DNA of 63,743 nucleotides, filler included, from Octopus bimaculoides (lineage: Eukaryota): assembly GCF_001194135.2 (NCBI RefSeq). It is 6 parts of 6 records of this genome, joined end to end, with 100 filler letters (N's around TTAATTAATTAA, not from the genome) between each part and the next. Parts side by side here need not be neighbours in the genome. Positions count along the whole stretch, not along the records: positions 1 to 23,107 come from NC_068996.1; 5 more parts are not named here. The stretch is one strand, 5' to 3'. Position numbers and translations under genes: made by a program. Below are positions 1 to 12,070 of the stretch, in pieces. Positions within the stretch are counted from its first letter, which is position 1. Each line of letters begins with the position of its first letter. The notes under the pieces were generated by a model, which did no database searches, had not been told where the DNA came from, and saw only the letters and a program-made list of their open reading frames with translations.

Positions 1-11
1 TATATATATAT

Positions 12-308
12 ATAATTAAAATTAGGGTTCAGCAAAAATTGCTTCACCACACACCAAAATTAGAAATAGCAGTTAAAATTACTATTTCACTACCAAAATA
101 TATCTCTCAGACAGCAGCACTCGCAACTCACACAGGCAAAAAGAAAAACATAACGAATCTACCCGGCTTTGATTAACTGTATACACGTTTCAGGATTAAA
201 GAGGTGTAAATTATATTACCCAATCTTATTTAAATAGTAGTTTTGACTGCTATTTCTAATTTTCGGTGTGTGGTGAAGCAATTCTTGCTGAACCCTAATT
301 TTAATTAT
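12..308. mobile_element. MITE with about 76 bp terminal inverted repeats
   Basis: 12-87 is the near-perfect reverse complement of 232-308 (ATAATTAAAATTAGGGTTCAGCAA...); AT-rich flanks. Confidence 0.8.
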
Positions 309-364
309 GTTTATATAAGTTTACTTGGTAAAATTACTAATTATTAATTTTTACCCTATATCTA

Positions 365-750
365 CTCTTTTACTCTCTGACTTGTCTCATTCATTTGACT
401 GTGGCCATGCTGGAGCACCACGTAATCGACCCCAGGACTTATTCTTTGTAAACCTAGTACTTATTCTATCGGCCTCTTTTTGCCGAACCGCTAAGTTACG
501 GGGACGTAAACACACCAGCATCGGTTGTCAAGCGATGTTGGGGGGACAAACACAGACACACAAACATATACACACATATATATATATATATACATATATA
601 TGACGGGCTTCTTTCAGTTTTCCGTCTACCAAATCCACTTACAAGGCTTTGGTCGGCCTGAGACTATAGTAGAAGACACTTGCCCAAGGTGCCACGCAGT
701 GGGAATGAACCCAGAACCATGTGGTTGGTAAGCAAGCTACTTATCACATG
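365..750 (-). mobile_element. tRNA-derived SINE family A (CORE-like domain, internal microsatellite)
   Basis: Reverse complement of the family seen at 16124: head GTGGCTGTGTGGTAAG...GGTTCAGTCCC, GGCACCTTGGGCAAGTGTCTT, tail ...GACTGAAACAAGTAAAAGAG. Confidence 0.9.
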
Positions 751-859
751 CATATATAGGTACAGGACGTCACACACAGTAAACAACATGAAATACGAAA
801 ACAAATGAGTTGAACATGCAAACAAGAGAAACAAAGGCTATATTAGAAGCGAAACAAGC

Positions 860-948
860 AGAAGACACTTGCCCAAGGTCCCACATGGTGGGACTGACCT
901 TGGAACCATGTGGTTGGGAAGCAAACTTCTTACCACACAGCCACACCT
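860..948 (-). mobile_element. SINE family A, 5' fragment
   Basis: GAAGACACTTGCCCAAGGT...CCACACAGCCAC matches the family A head. Confidence 0.8.
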
Positions 949-1639
949 ATATGTGTGTGTGTGTATTAGAAATGACAGTATTTTGCAGGTTCCATCATAT
1001 ATAACTTTTATTACTGAATAATTTTGTTGTTTAAAATATAACTGGAACTTTGCTGTCGCTGTATTTTATTACTTGATTTGTAATAAGCATTATAGAGAAA
1101 TTTTAAACAATAATTAATGCTAAAAATAAATCATCAATACTTATTTGAAGTGAATAAAACCATATGAAGGATTTGGCGGAGACCACTCAGAGATACAATT
1201 TAAAATCTTGTGATGTACAAATAAAAATCACTTATTTATTTTAAAATTTAATTTAGCATTAAATATTGTTTAAATTTGTCATTAATTCTAATTATTGACA
1301 AATTAATAAATAACAGACCAGCAAAGTTCTGTTCTTTAAAGGAAGTGAGTTGGAAAGTAAAATAAATGATTAGTTTTTGTTTTGTTTTGTTTCTTATTGT
1401 TGTCACCGTTTGTTTGTTTGTTTGTTTGGCTTTCAATTTCTATGAATTTTCTGCATCAATCCAATACAAAGACATCTGTCAGATTTGTAGATGTATATCA
1501 GAGCGTTTACTTCAGTAATTAATCACTTCTTGTGGTGGTGCAAGAAATAAAACCCTCAGGACAGGTTGACAATGCTTAGAATTCCAGAACAAGGGCACAG
1601 TTTTGTCATTAAAATGTTTTTCCCTAACTGCATAATTCA

Positions 1640-2165
1640 AGGTTCAGTCCCACCTCATGGCACCTTGGGCAAGTGTCTTCCGCTAAAGCCTTGGGCTGAC
1701 CAAAGACTTGTGAGTGCTTTTGGTAGACAGAAACTAAGAGAAACCTGTAGTGTGTGTTGTGCTGTATTGTGTGTGTGTTTGCTATATTGTGTGTGTGTGT
1801 GTGTGTGTGTGTTTGCTGTAGTGTGTGTGTGTGTGTATTTGCTGTATTGTGTGTGTTGTGCTGTACTGTGTGTGTGTGGTGCTGTGTTGTGTGTGTGTGT
1901 TTGAGAGTCTGTGTGAGTGTGTGTGAATGTTTACATCTCCTCTTGACACTGTGATGGTTGTAAATGAGTGCCACTGTCACACAAGCAGTGTCATTCATTT
2001 CCAATATTCTGCAAGAACATGTCTGGCCATAGAGAAATTATTACATTACTTGAAAACAGGTAATGGTTGATGACAGGAAGGGCATCCATCTGTAGAAAAT
2101 CTGCCTCAGTAAACAATGTTCAATCCATGCAAACATGGAATAGTAGATGTTAAATGATTATGATG
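1640..2165 (+). mobile_element. SINE family A variant with RTE-type 3' tail
   Basis: A-type head/CORE-like part, expanded (TG) tract, then GGAAGGGCATCCA...CATGGAATAGTAGATGTTAAATGATTATGATG like the RTE end at 34002. Confidence 0.7.
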
Positions 2166-2534
2166 AATTCAGAAGTATTTTGCTGAGCAAGAGGTTCAAA
2201 ATGCAAGACAACAAACTATAACTTATACTCATTTCATGAGTTGTCTTTATTTAATATTTATTTATGATTTATATTATCACCAACTTTCTGCCTATTCTAA
2301 TCATTCACTTATGCTCTACTTTGCTGTTTTACAAAGGCCATAAAAACTACAAATTTCTACCTCTTTCATCTGAAATACAAGATTTTGGTACCTTGTCAAT
2401 TAGAAGGGAGGCAGCATTTATTTTTGTTTTGCAACATGGCTTGTACAGCAAGAAATGAGCTTCCAAGTTCAGCGCCCTTCTAAAAAATATACACAACCTC
2501 TTTTCCTACATATATTAATTCATAGAAATATGTT

Positions 2535-2810
2535 GCCAGTACCGCTGGACTGGCTCCTGTGCAGGTGGCATGTAAAATACACCATTTTGAGCGTGACCGT
2601 TGCCAGTACCTCCTGACTGGCCTTCGTGCCGGTGGCACGTAAAAGCACCCACTACACTCTCGAAGTGGTTGGCGTTAGGAAGGGTATCCAGCTGTAGAAA
2701 CTGCCAAATCAGATTGGAACCTGGTGTAGCCATCTGGTTTCACCAGTCCTCAGTCAAATCGTCCAACCCATGCTAGCATGGAAAGTGGATGTTAAACGAT
2801 GATGATGATG
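2535..2810 (+). mobile_element. RTE LINE 3' end fragment (5'-truncated)
   Basis: Matches reverse complement of 34002-34290; ends CATGCTAGCATGGAAAGTGGATGTTAAAC(GAT)n. Confidence 0.85.
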
Positions 2811-3079
2811 TTTATACTGTATGTCCAGCAAGTAGTTGTTGAAAAAACTTTACTGAAATCGCACATTAAACTATTCAGCTAAGTAATGTCATAGTTGTAC
2901 AAGGTTCTTTTAAGGTTCTTTATTTATGGAACCCATATTTAACTGCATAACCAAGCTCTCACATTGAACTGTTGCTAACTTTTTTTAACCAGTTTCTTTC
3001 TATATCTCTGTTGAAATGCACTGCCTTTTTTTCATTCAATCTTGAAAATAACAAACATCTTAGAAAAATTAACTTTCAT

Positions 3080-3510
3080 TATTATTAAAGCTGGTGTTTA
3101 GAACATAAATAAACACGAAATTCTGATGGAAGGTTTTAATTTGGATCACTTTAACCCTTTTGTTACCATATTTCTGTTGAGATACACTGTTTTTGTTTCA
3201 ATCAGTTTTGAAAATAAGGAAGAATTTAAGATAATTTTGTCATTATTAAGCTGGTATTTAGAACATAAATAAACACGAAATTCTGATGGAAGGTTTTAAT
3301 TTAAATCACTTTAACCCTTTTGTTACCATATTTCTGTTGAGATACACTGTTTTTGTTTTAATCAATTTTGAAAATAAGGAAGAATTTAAGATAATTTTGT
3401 CATTATTAAGCTGGTATTTAGAACATAAATAAACACAAAATTCTGACGGAAGGTTTTAATTTGGATCACTTTAACCCTTTTGTTACCATATTTCTGTTGA
3501 GATACACTGA
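3080..3510. repeat. Tandem repeat, 160 bp unit, about 2.7 copies
   Basis: CTGGT(G/A)TTTAGAACATAAATAAACAC recurs at 3091, 3251 and 3411. Confidence 0.9.
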
Positions 3511-4075
3511 CTTTGTTTAATTCTTTAGCATTCAAATTATTCTGCCAAATGTAATGCTTATTTATTCACATTGTTTTCAATTGATTTTGCATTGTCTTGT
3601 AACTTCAAGTTTTAGATGATGTGATTATTTAGTTTTAGAACAACATTGTAGGATAGGTGTGAGAGGCCAAATCTGGTCAGTCTGAACATAAAATAGATAG
3701 AATATTTTGGTCAGATATGACTGGTTTAAATGCTACAGAGTTAAACTAATTTTGATAACAAATGAAGTATTTTAACAAGAAAATGTCATCATTAAGCTGA
3801 TATTTGGAACAAATTAACATGGAATTTTGACAGAAAGTTTAAATTGAAATCACTTTAAAACAGGAACTTTGTATCAGAGCATTAGGGTCAGTCTCACAAG
3901 GGTTTGTAACAGAGGCTTAGATAAACTGACCCATAGTCACATCGTACACCAAGTAGGTATAAGTTATTATGTTTCAACTGCTAGGTGAAATAAATGTGAA
4001 ATATACATCAAAGCTGCTTTGTTGCCACCTCACCCCCCCTTACACCTTTCCCCAGGAACCACTCAGGAGATTTGT

Positions 4076-4447
4076 TGTTGTTGGCACTCCGTCGCTTACG
4101 ACGTCAAGGGTTCCAGTTGATCCGATCAATGGAACAGCCTGCTCGTGAAATTAACGTGCAAGTGGCTGAGCACTCCACAGACACATGTACCCTTAACGTA
4201 GTTCTCGGGGATATTCAGCATGACAGAGAGTGTGACAAGGCTGACCTTTTGAAATACAGGCACAACAGAAACAAGAAGTAAAAGTGAGAGAAAGTTGTGG
4301 TGAAAGAGTACAGCAGGGTTCGCCACCATCCCCTGCCGGAGCCTCGTGGAGCTTTAGGTGTTTTCGCTCAATAAACACTCACAACGCGCGTTCTGGGAAT
4401 CAAAACCGCGAGTCCGCTGCCCTAACCACTGGGCCATTGTGCCTCCT
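4076..4447 (-). mobile_element. tRNA-derived SINE family C with (AAC)n tail and TSD
   Basis: Head GGAGGCACAATGGCCCAGTGGTTAGGG on the minus strand; flanked by AGGAGATTTGT (4065-4075) and AGAAGATTTGT (4448-4458). Confidence 0.85.
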
Positions 4448-4956
4448 AGAAGATTTGTAAGCTATTTTTAAATCCAATGCAATGCTAGGAACGCTTCTGT
4501 ATCACTAGCAGGTATCTCAGGGTTACAAGCATTTTACCCTTTAGTCTTTGCACTTCACCGGAGGGTTCTGCTTGTGGTCTCTAATCATTGATAACATATT
4601 GAGCTAGTTTCAGTTGCCCTCATACCAGTTCCACATAAAAAGCACTCAATACACTTTGTAAAGTGATTGGTGTTAGGAAGGACAATCAGCTGTAGAAACC
4701 AAGCCAAATCAGCCTGGAGTCTGGTGCAGCCTTCCAGCTTGCCAACTCTGGTCAAACTGTCCAACCCATACCAGCATGGAAAATCACATGTATGTACATA
4801 CCTACATCTACATGTATATATAGATGCATATCTGGGTACAGGATGTTGCAAAAAAACGTGGACAAAATGATAAACAGAGTACAGAAAACACACAGGCCAC
4901 ATAGAGAACATTTCCTTCATCAGCTGCCACCATTCTAAAACTGAGCGTTTCAAAGA

Positions 4957-5001
<45 letters not shown>

Positions 5002-5548
5002 CATCAATGCACAATGCATCGGGAATGAATTTGAGTAACTGTTAACATAATTTACTTTAAGGTATGGTTGAATTAAACACCAAGTTGCTATTTAACTTGC
5101 TATGTGAACATGTATGCACCAAACCACCCATGTGCATGTGCTCGCATTTTCGCAGATGCTTGTATGATCAAGTGTACATGCGCCATGCAGCTTGTCCGAG
5201 GGCGTTTATACATTCATATTTATTAACGATTATTTTTAATACTTTTCTCGCTGTATTGCATGTTCATTTCTTTTTTGCTTCTGTGATTTTATCTTTGATC
5301 TTCTGTGTAAATGAAGACATTTCCTTCGTTTTGCTGCTTCTCTTTCTACGAAATGAGAAGATCCACTGCAGAACTGTTATTTTAACAAGTTGTATCTATT
5401 TATCACCTGATGGGACACATCTGCACTGCCGGATGCTCCTGAACCAATTATTGAGTGTCCATCCCATGAGGAATTGATGCTTGATGTGTCGAAACAATTG
5501 TCGTGTTTTATAACAAATTCTCATATATTCCATCTTCTGTCTTTCATT

Positions 5549-5581
<33 letters not shown>

Positions 5582-5635
5582 GATAGATAGATAGATAGAT
5601 ATAGATATAGATATATATATAGCGAGAGAGAGAGG

Positions 5636-5972
5636 CACAAGAGTGGCTGTGTGGTAAGTAACTTTCTTACCAGCCACATGGTTCCAGGTTCAGTCCCAAT
5701 GCATGGCACCTTGGGCAAATGTCTTCTACTATAGCCTCGGGCCGACCAAAGCCTTATGAGTTCATCTGGTAGACAGAATCTGAAAGAAGCCCATCATGTG
5801 TGTGTGTGTATGTATGTATGTGTTTACGTCTCCATAACTTAGTGCTTCAGCAAAAGAGACCGATAGAATAAGTACTAGGTTTACAAAGAATAAACCCTGG
5901 GGTCAGTTTGTTCAACTAAAGGTGGTGCTCCAGCATGGCCACAGTCAAATGACTGAAACAGCTAAAAGAATA
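5636..5972 (+). mobile_element. SINE family A
   Basis: Full head-to-tail match to the other family A copies. Confidence 0.9.
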
Positions 5973-7025
5973 ATGAAACGAATATATTCATACTCATGTT
6001 TTGAGCTGTTTTTCCTGTTCATATTGCCAAACCTATATATATATATATATATAGGTATTGATTTTATTTTTTTCCTTTTGGTTGTTGTTGCTTATTTTTA
6101 TTAAAAACCCACCAAACACTGTCATGATAATTCCTTTTACAAAATCGTTGGCATAAGTTTTCAGAATCTAATTATAGACTACAGTTGTCAAAAAAAACCT
6201 TTATGAGGTTTTATGTTGGGTGTTAAGTGACAAGACATGAAGTACCACCAAATATTCAGTTACATGTAATTTTACATTCATTATTTCAGATCTCACTCCT
6301 CAAATTGGCTTTCCTTTTCCCTCTATCCATCTGGATTTGATAAATATATGTACCAGTCAAATATTGGAGTCATTTCCAGCCTAGTGCTAATGTTATGAAT
6401 CATTAAAATATGCTGAAGATAAAATATGATGTTATATCTGATTTCTTACAGCCGTAACTGGTAAAGATATACAGTTCTTTGAATGTGAGTTTTATTGGTT
6501 AGATCTTTTGGGCACGAATCATACTGACCTATATAGATTTTGGTGCTACTTACAGCAGTATGTTTGGTTAGTGAAGAGGATTGGCAGCAACATCTCTCAC
6601 AGGCAATGGTTTCTTCGTATCCTTGTTGAAGAAATAATGTTTTTAAACAATATACATACATCCATGTATGCACACACACACACTTACACTTATAAATATA
6701 CACACATACACAGCAGTGCATCAGCATGACTGCAGCTCTCAGCTGAAACTATAAACAAAAAATACACATAAATATATATACATACACACAGACACACAAA
6801 TATATATATACATATATACATACACAGATAGATAGACCAGCTTCAATTAAGCAAAAGATTCAAAGGTTTTTACAGAATCTTTTAGAAATATGATACTTGG
6901 AAATGTTAAGAGTCATATATAAATGGGCACATAAGACATGTCCACAGTCTAATGACTGAAACAAGTAAAAACAAAATGTAAATAAATACATAAATAAACT
7001 AGGAGGTTCGTTTCATAAGCCTTAA

Positions 7026-7247
7026 CCCTTTCGTTGCCAACCTGGCTGAAACCGGCTCTGGCTCTGTAGTACAAATGTATTGTTTTCATATGTTGTTAAT
7101 TAAAATCTTCCACCAAACCTTAGTCACAATTTATGTTCCTAGCACTAGCTTAACGATAACTAAGTTATTTTACTAAATTCTTTGTTATATTTAAAATTAA
7201 TTGAAAGAAACACAGAGCATCTCAACAGAAATACAGTAACAAAAGGG
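7026..7247. mobile_element. piggyBac-like MITE
   Basis: TTAA|CCCTTTCGTT...AACAAAAGGG|TTAA: TTAA duplication and CCC/GGG termini. Confidence 0.8.
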
Positions 7248-7899
7248 TTAAGTTGAAACTGTTTGTGATTTCTCTTGTTGGCAGAAGGAAAAATTGCAGG
7301 AAAGGGAATTCAACAGTATTGAACCAAGTCAGTATCTTAGATCAACATCAATAGAATTTGAACTTAGGAATGAATGTAAAGGAACAATATTAAACAGTTG
7401 AGAAAACATTTGGTCAAGTTCTACCATTTCGGATATTCTAGTGTCAAAAGATTAATATTTCAAGAGGAACTTGCCATGGCTTTTTTTTTCCTGAAAATTT
7501 TTTCTTAGCATAGCTACATAAGTGTGTTACCCCCACCTACTCACCCTACCCCCGACTTGTTTCTTCATAACTTTCTGAAGAATGGAAAGTTATCCAAAAT
7601 TCCTCACACACAAACGTTTCGTTACAAATTCTGATATAATTGTAATCTGCACTATCTAAAAACTATTTGTAGAAAATATCATTAAAGGAATCTATTTTTC
7701 AGAAAGTTATGAGGAAACAAAATTGGCTGTGAGAGAAACACATTTGTAGGTTAACCTGCAATTTACCGTTGTAAAAAAGTGAAAGTAAATTGTCCTAAAA
7801 AAAAAAGAAAGTAACTAAATTGTGATAGAGACCGGAAGTGGTGAGACTATAGACGGACTATGGATGCTCACCAAAAAGAAACTTCAACGACAGAGTGGG

Positions 7900-8245
7900 A
7901 CTACTCTTTTACTTGTTTCAGTCATATGACTGTGACCATGCTGGAGTACAGCCGTTAGTCGAGCAAATCAACCCCAGGACTTACTCTTTGTAACCCTAGT
8001 ACTTATTCTATCGGTCTCTTTTGCTGAACTGCTAAGTTACAGGGACGTAAACACACCAGCATCGGTTGTCAAGCGATTTTGGGGAGACAAACATACATAT
8101 ATACGACGGGCTTCTTTCAGTTTTCCGTCAACCACATCCACTCACAAAGGCTTTGGTCGGCCCATGGCTATAGTAGAAGACACTAGCCCAAGGTGCTATG
8201 CAGTGGGACTGGACCCCAGAACCATGTAGTTCGTAAGCAAGCCTT
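7900..8245 (-). mobile_element. SINE family A
   Basis: Same sequence blocks as 365-750. Confidence 0.9.
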
Positions 8246-8311
8246 GATTTATTTACATAATATCTTCATGAGCATGTGTGGTGAAACAGATTTAGTGATG
8301 ATGAAAAAGTA

Positions 8312-8501
8312 CAGTAATCCCTCGACTATCGCGGGTGTTACGTTCCAACCCCCACCCCACCCCCGCGATACTCCACTGTATATCTTTTTCTCTTATTTTT
8401 GTAATTTGTATATATTTATTTTATTATAAATGCAAAAACAACACCACAGAGGAATCGACTTAAGCTTAAATAATAAACCGCGATATGGAGAGGAATCGCT
8501 G
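8312..8501. mobile_element. Tc1/mariner (pogo/Tigger-like) MITE
   Basis: TA|CAGTAATCCCTCGACTATCGCGG...CCGCGATATGGAGAGGAATCGCTG|TA: imperfect TIRs with TA duplication. Confidence 0.7.
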
Positions 8502-8687
8502 TATCCACGAATCTCATTTCGTGCATCTATGACACTTATGTTTTCCCGCGCACGTGATTGTGTTCATCTTGTGTAAAATATACGGTTTTCATGTTATATT
8601 AAAATCTATGTACGTTCTGCATGTTGCTTTTTGTCACATACATTTGTTTACATGAATTGAGAGGATGTCACTGTCATCACTTCTGGT

Positions 8688-8805
8688 TTTCTGTTGTAAT
8701 TTATTTTCACACTTTCATAACTGTAAACTGCATGTTAACCAACTTGTTTCTGTTGTAATTTATTTTCACACTTTCATAACTGTAAACTGCATGTTAACCA
8801 ACTTG
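8688..8805. repeat. Perfect 59 bp tandem duplication
   Basis: 8688-8746 is identical to 8747-8805. Confidence 0.9.
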
Positions 8806-9884
8806 TAGTCGTGCCAATTTTTAATGGCAAAATTTAAGGATTTCTGTGAAGCATGCAGAAAGAATTATTAAGGCATCCTGTATAGTAACAGGAACTCTCA
8901 ATCATAGTGTTTGGGGGAAGAAATGTGGATCTGAATTAAATCAGTTCGTTTGATTATAAACAAATATTATGTAGAAAAATACAATACACATCTGAAAATA
9001 TCAAGAAGACAATGAAATTCCCGTGTGGTTTCGCTTCTGATCATATCTTTAGATCTCGACACATTCTAAATAATCTTTGTGGTTGTTTAATACAATCTCA
9101 CCTCAGTTTATATTATTTCTAGTTACATCTTTTTCGACTTTATGTCGGGTTTTTTTAAGAGTTTGATGCAGTCGGGGGAATAATAAACTTCAACTTCACT
9201 CGATTATATCGGTCTCGTGAATATATTTAAAAGCATAAAAATTGGGGGCATGGAAGGGGGAAATCACCTAAAGATCGATATAGAAGTAGATATTTAAACA
9301 AAATACATGTGAAAATATGTAGAAATTATTTATTAAAATTGACATAAGCTGATAAATTTTTAAATGTTTTTTTTATTTATGTTAGATCGTTTTCCGAGTT
9401 GAGTCGACCTAAGTTGAGGTGTTCCTTGTGCGTGTGTAAATATGTAGGAACTATCTTATTAAAGCAGACATGAGGTAATAATTTTTTTTAAATTGTGTTT
9501 TCAAGTTAAGTCGACCGAAGATGAGTATTGTAAGGTATGGAGTGAAATGATGTTTACATTTCTTATTCTCAAAGTTTCGAAAACATGTGGAATGAAAAGC
9601 TCTTAATGGGCGGAGGTAAAAGAATACGTACACCACTCGTTTTCGGCATAACAAAAACCCTAACCCTAAACACTGGGTGTACGTATTCTTTACTTACGCC
9701 CCCCCTCCCCTTAAAGTAGACAAGTGTCGGCAACGGGAAGAATATTTAGCTGTAAAGTCCTGTGTAAATGTGCCTCGTATAACCGACCTAACCCAACCTA
9801 GTCCGCATTAAACCAACGAAACTAAGATTGAATGAAGACCTCTCTCTCTCTCTCCCTTCCCCCCACACAAATACATACATGCAT

Positions 9885-10245
9885 GGTTGTGCGGTTGAAA
9901 AGCTTGCTTTCCAGCTACATGGTCTTGGATTCAGTCCCAGTGCGTCACCTTGGGCGGGTATCTTCTGCTAAAGCCCTTGGGCCGATCATAGCCTTGCGAG
10001 AGGGTTTGATAGGTAGAAAATGTATAGAAGTCAGACGTATGCGTGCACGTGTTTATTTACTGCTACCGCTTGACAACCAGTGTTGGTTTGTTTACGTCAC
10101 CGTACCTTTGGGGTTTGGCATAGAAGCCAATAGAACAAGTATCAAACTTTTAAAAAAAATATGGGCTGAGGTTGATTTGTCTGGCTAAACCATTCAAGGC
10201 AATACTCAAGCATGGCCGCAGTTCAATGGCTGAAATAAGTAAAGG
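9885..10245 (+). mobile_element. SINE family A (diverged)
   Basis: Recognisable head, CORE-like block and tail. Confidence 0.8.
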
Positions 10246-10433
10246 ATATAAAGATTACGTTCGTTTCATGCCGAGTATTGCCATTGGGCAGTACTGATGT
10301 CACGAAACCAACGGTAACATTCGGACAAACGTTATATGTTGTAACAAGTAATATATCGTTTTGACGATTTAAAAAATATATTACTTATATTGATGGTACT
10401 TTTGTTATAGACTTAAGGACAACACTAAATGAT

Positions 10434-10476
<43 letters not shown>

Positions 10477-10759
10477 ATGTTTGTATGTGCTCTTCGGTTT
10501 TTAGGTGTTGGCTTCTAATAAAGATACAAAGCTCCACTGGTGGAATGTAGTTAACAAAAGCAAATTTACATTTTGAACTTAAGAAAAGTCTTGTATATTT
10601 TTACTGTTCCATTTAACGATTACATTTGTAATGTGTGAGTCAGTCGATTGATTTCTCTTCCTGAAAAGCCTAGCTTATCTATATTGTCACCTGGATATTT
10701 ATTCACAGAAACCAAGTTCAATTATTATTGATAGAAATGTGAATTTATAATCAGGATAT

Positions 10760-10925
10760 AGAAGCGATTTTCGAAGAGATGTTCACATCAGCAGGTCCAT
10801 TGATCTTCATGATGGTTCATACTTTTTCTAGTCTGTCCCATATAACGATATCCGGTCTGTTATGTACGTTATCGTTAGAGCTATCATCACTACTCTTTCT
10901 ATTACCTTCAATTAATTGCATCGTA
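10760..10925 (-). pseudogene. Restriction-like endonuclease fragment of an R4/Dong-like non-LTR retrotransposon
   Basis: Manual translation HNRPDIVIWDRLEKV*TIMKINGPADVNI matches the recalled PD..D/E RLE motif HNRPDIVxWD. Confidence 0.6.
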
Positions 10926-11724
10926 TAATTCGTGACTGACCGACTACCATTTTTGTTGTTTTATCTCAAAGCAGGAACTAATACGCAATATAATTCACAT
11001 ACCTAATGAGAACAAGAAAATAATGTCTGTATTAAATTAATAGGAATAAATTTGATGCATTACAAGCAGTGAAAACAAAGTGTACAGCGTGATTTTTATT
11101 TAGACAAAAATGTTTGAATCAATATGTTACATTTTATAGTTGGTTAATAATAGAAGCTTCTATTATAGTTTCTAAAAGTTCTTAATTCTAAATAGAGTTC
11201 AAAGACATTCAGAGAAGACAACCAAGGAAACGAAAAATGTTTTCCAAAGAAAAAGTTCCATAGAATGAAATATGTGAATGAGTGAATGAAATAAAGTTGA
11301 AGGAAGCAAATTTACTGCACAGCAACGAAAGATTAGCTGCAGAGTTAACAGACTTATAGTTTACTATAAAGGAACAAGCTAAATATCTGAGGTATGCCTT
11401 GAATAAAACGGGTTGTATACGATTATTTTATACTCCTACATGTAATCATATCAGTTTCTGTACATAGCTTCGCAATGTTTTTCTCAATTTTTGCAAGGAA
11501 GATGCAGTGGAGTGGTTTTCCGTTGCTTTCTCGAGCTAGACATGAAGAAAGAAGTGCAGGGTGGGGATGGTGAGAACTGTAACAACAACTTAATTAACGG
11601 CGTAAGTGAAGTGGAATTACTTGCCACAAATGCAAATCGAAATAGGATCGTACACGCTCGCACTTACATAAATATAAAAAAAATTAAGTCGACGAGGATG
11701 TTCATATATATGTTTCAATGATTT

Positions 11725-12070
11725 ATTCTTTTACTTGTTTCAGTCATTTTGACTGCGCCCATGCTGGAGCACCGCCTTTTTAGTCGAAGAAATTGACCCT
11801 AGGACTTATTTTTCGTGAGCCTAGTACTTATTCTATCGGATCTCTTTTGCCGAACCGCTAAGTTACGGGGATGTAAACACCAACATCGGTTGTCAAGGGA
11901 TGGTGGAGGGGATACACACACACACATATATATATATATACACGACGGGCTTCATTCAGTTTCCGTCTACCAAATCCACTCACAAGGATGTGGTCGGCCC
12001 GAGGCTACAGTAGAAAACACTTGCTCAAAGTGCCACGCAAGCTTCTTACCACACAGCCACTCCTGCGCCT
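11725..12070 (-). mobile_element. SINE family A with internal deletion
   Basis: Family A blocks; B-box region missing near 12035. Confidence 0.85.

Noticed and set aside
4900-4960. Permuted hammerhead (GAAAC...CTGATGA on the minus strand)
   Set aside because: Core words are present but I could not form stem I or a convincing stem II.
5410-5550. Protein-like frame WDTSALPDAPEPIIECPSHEELMLDVSKQLS
   Set aside because: In-frame stop just upstream, no acceptor or donor, no recognisable homology.
7832-7839. ETS motif CCGGAAGT as a promoter
   Set aside because: Isolated motif with no associated gene structure.
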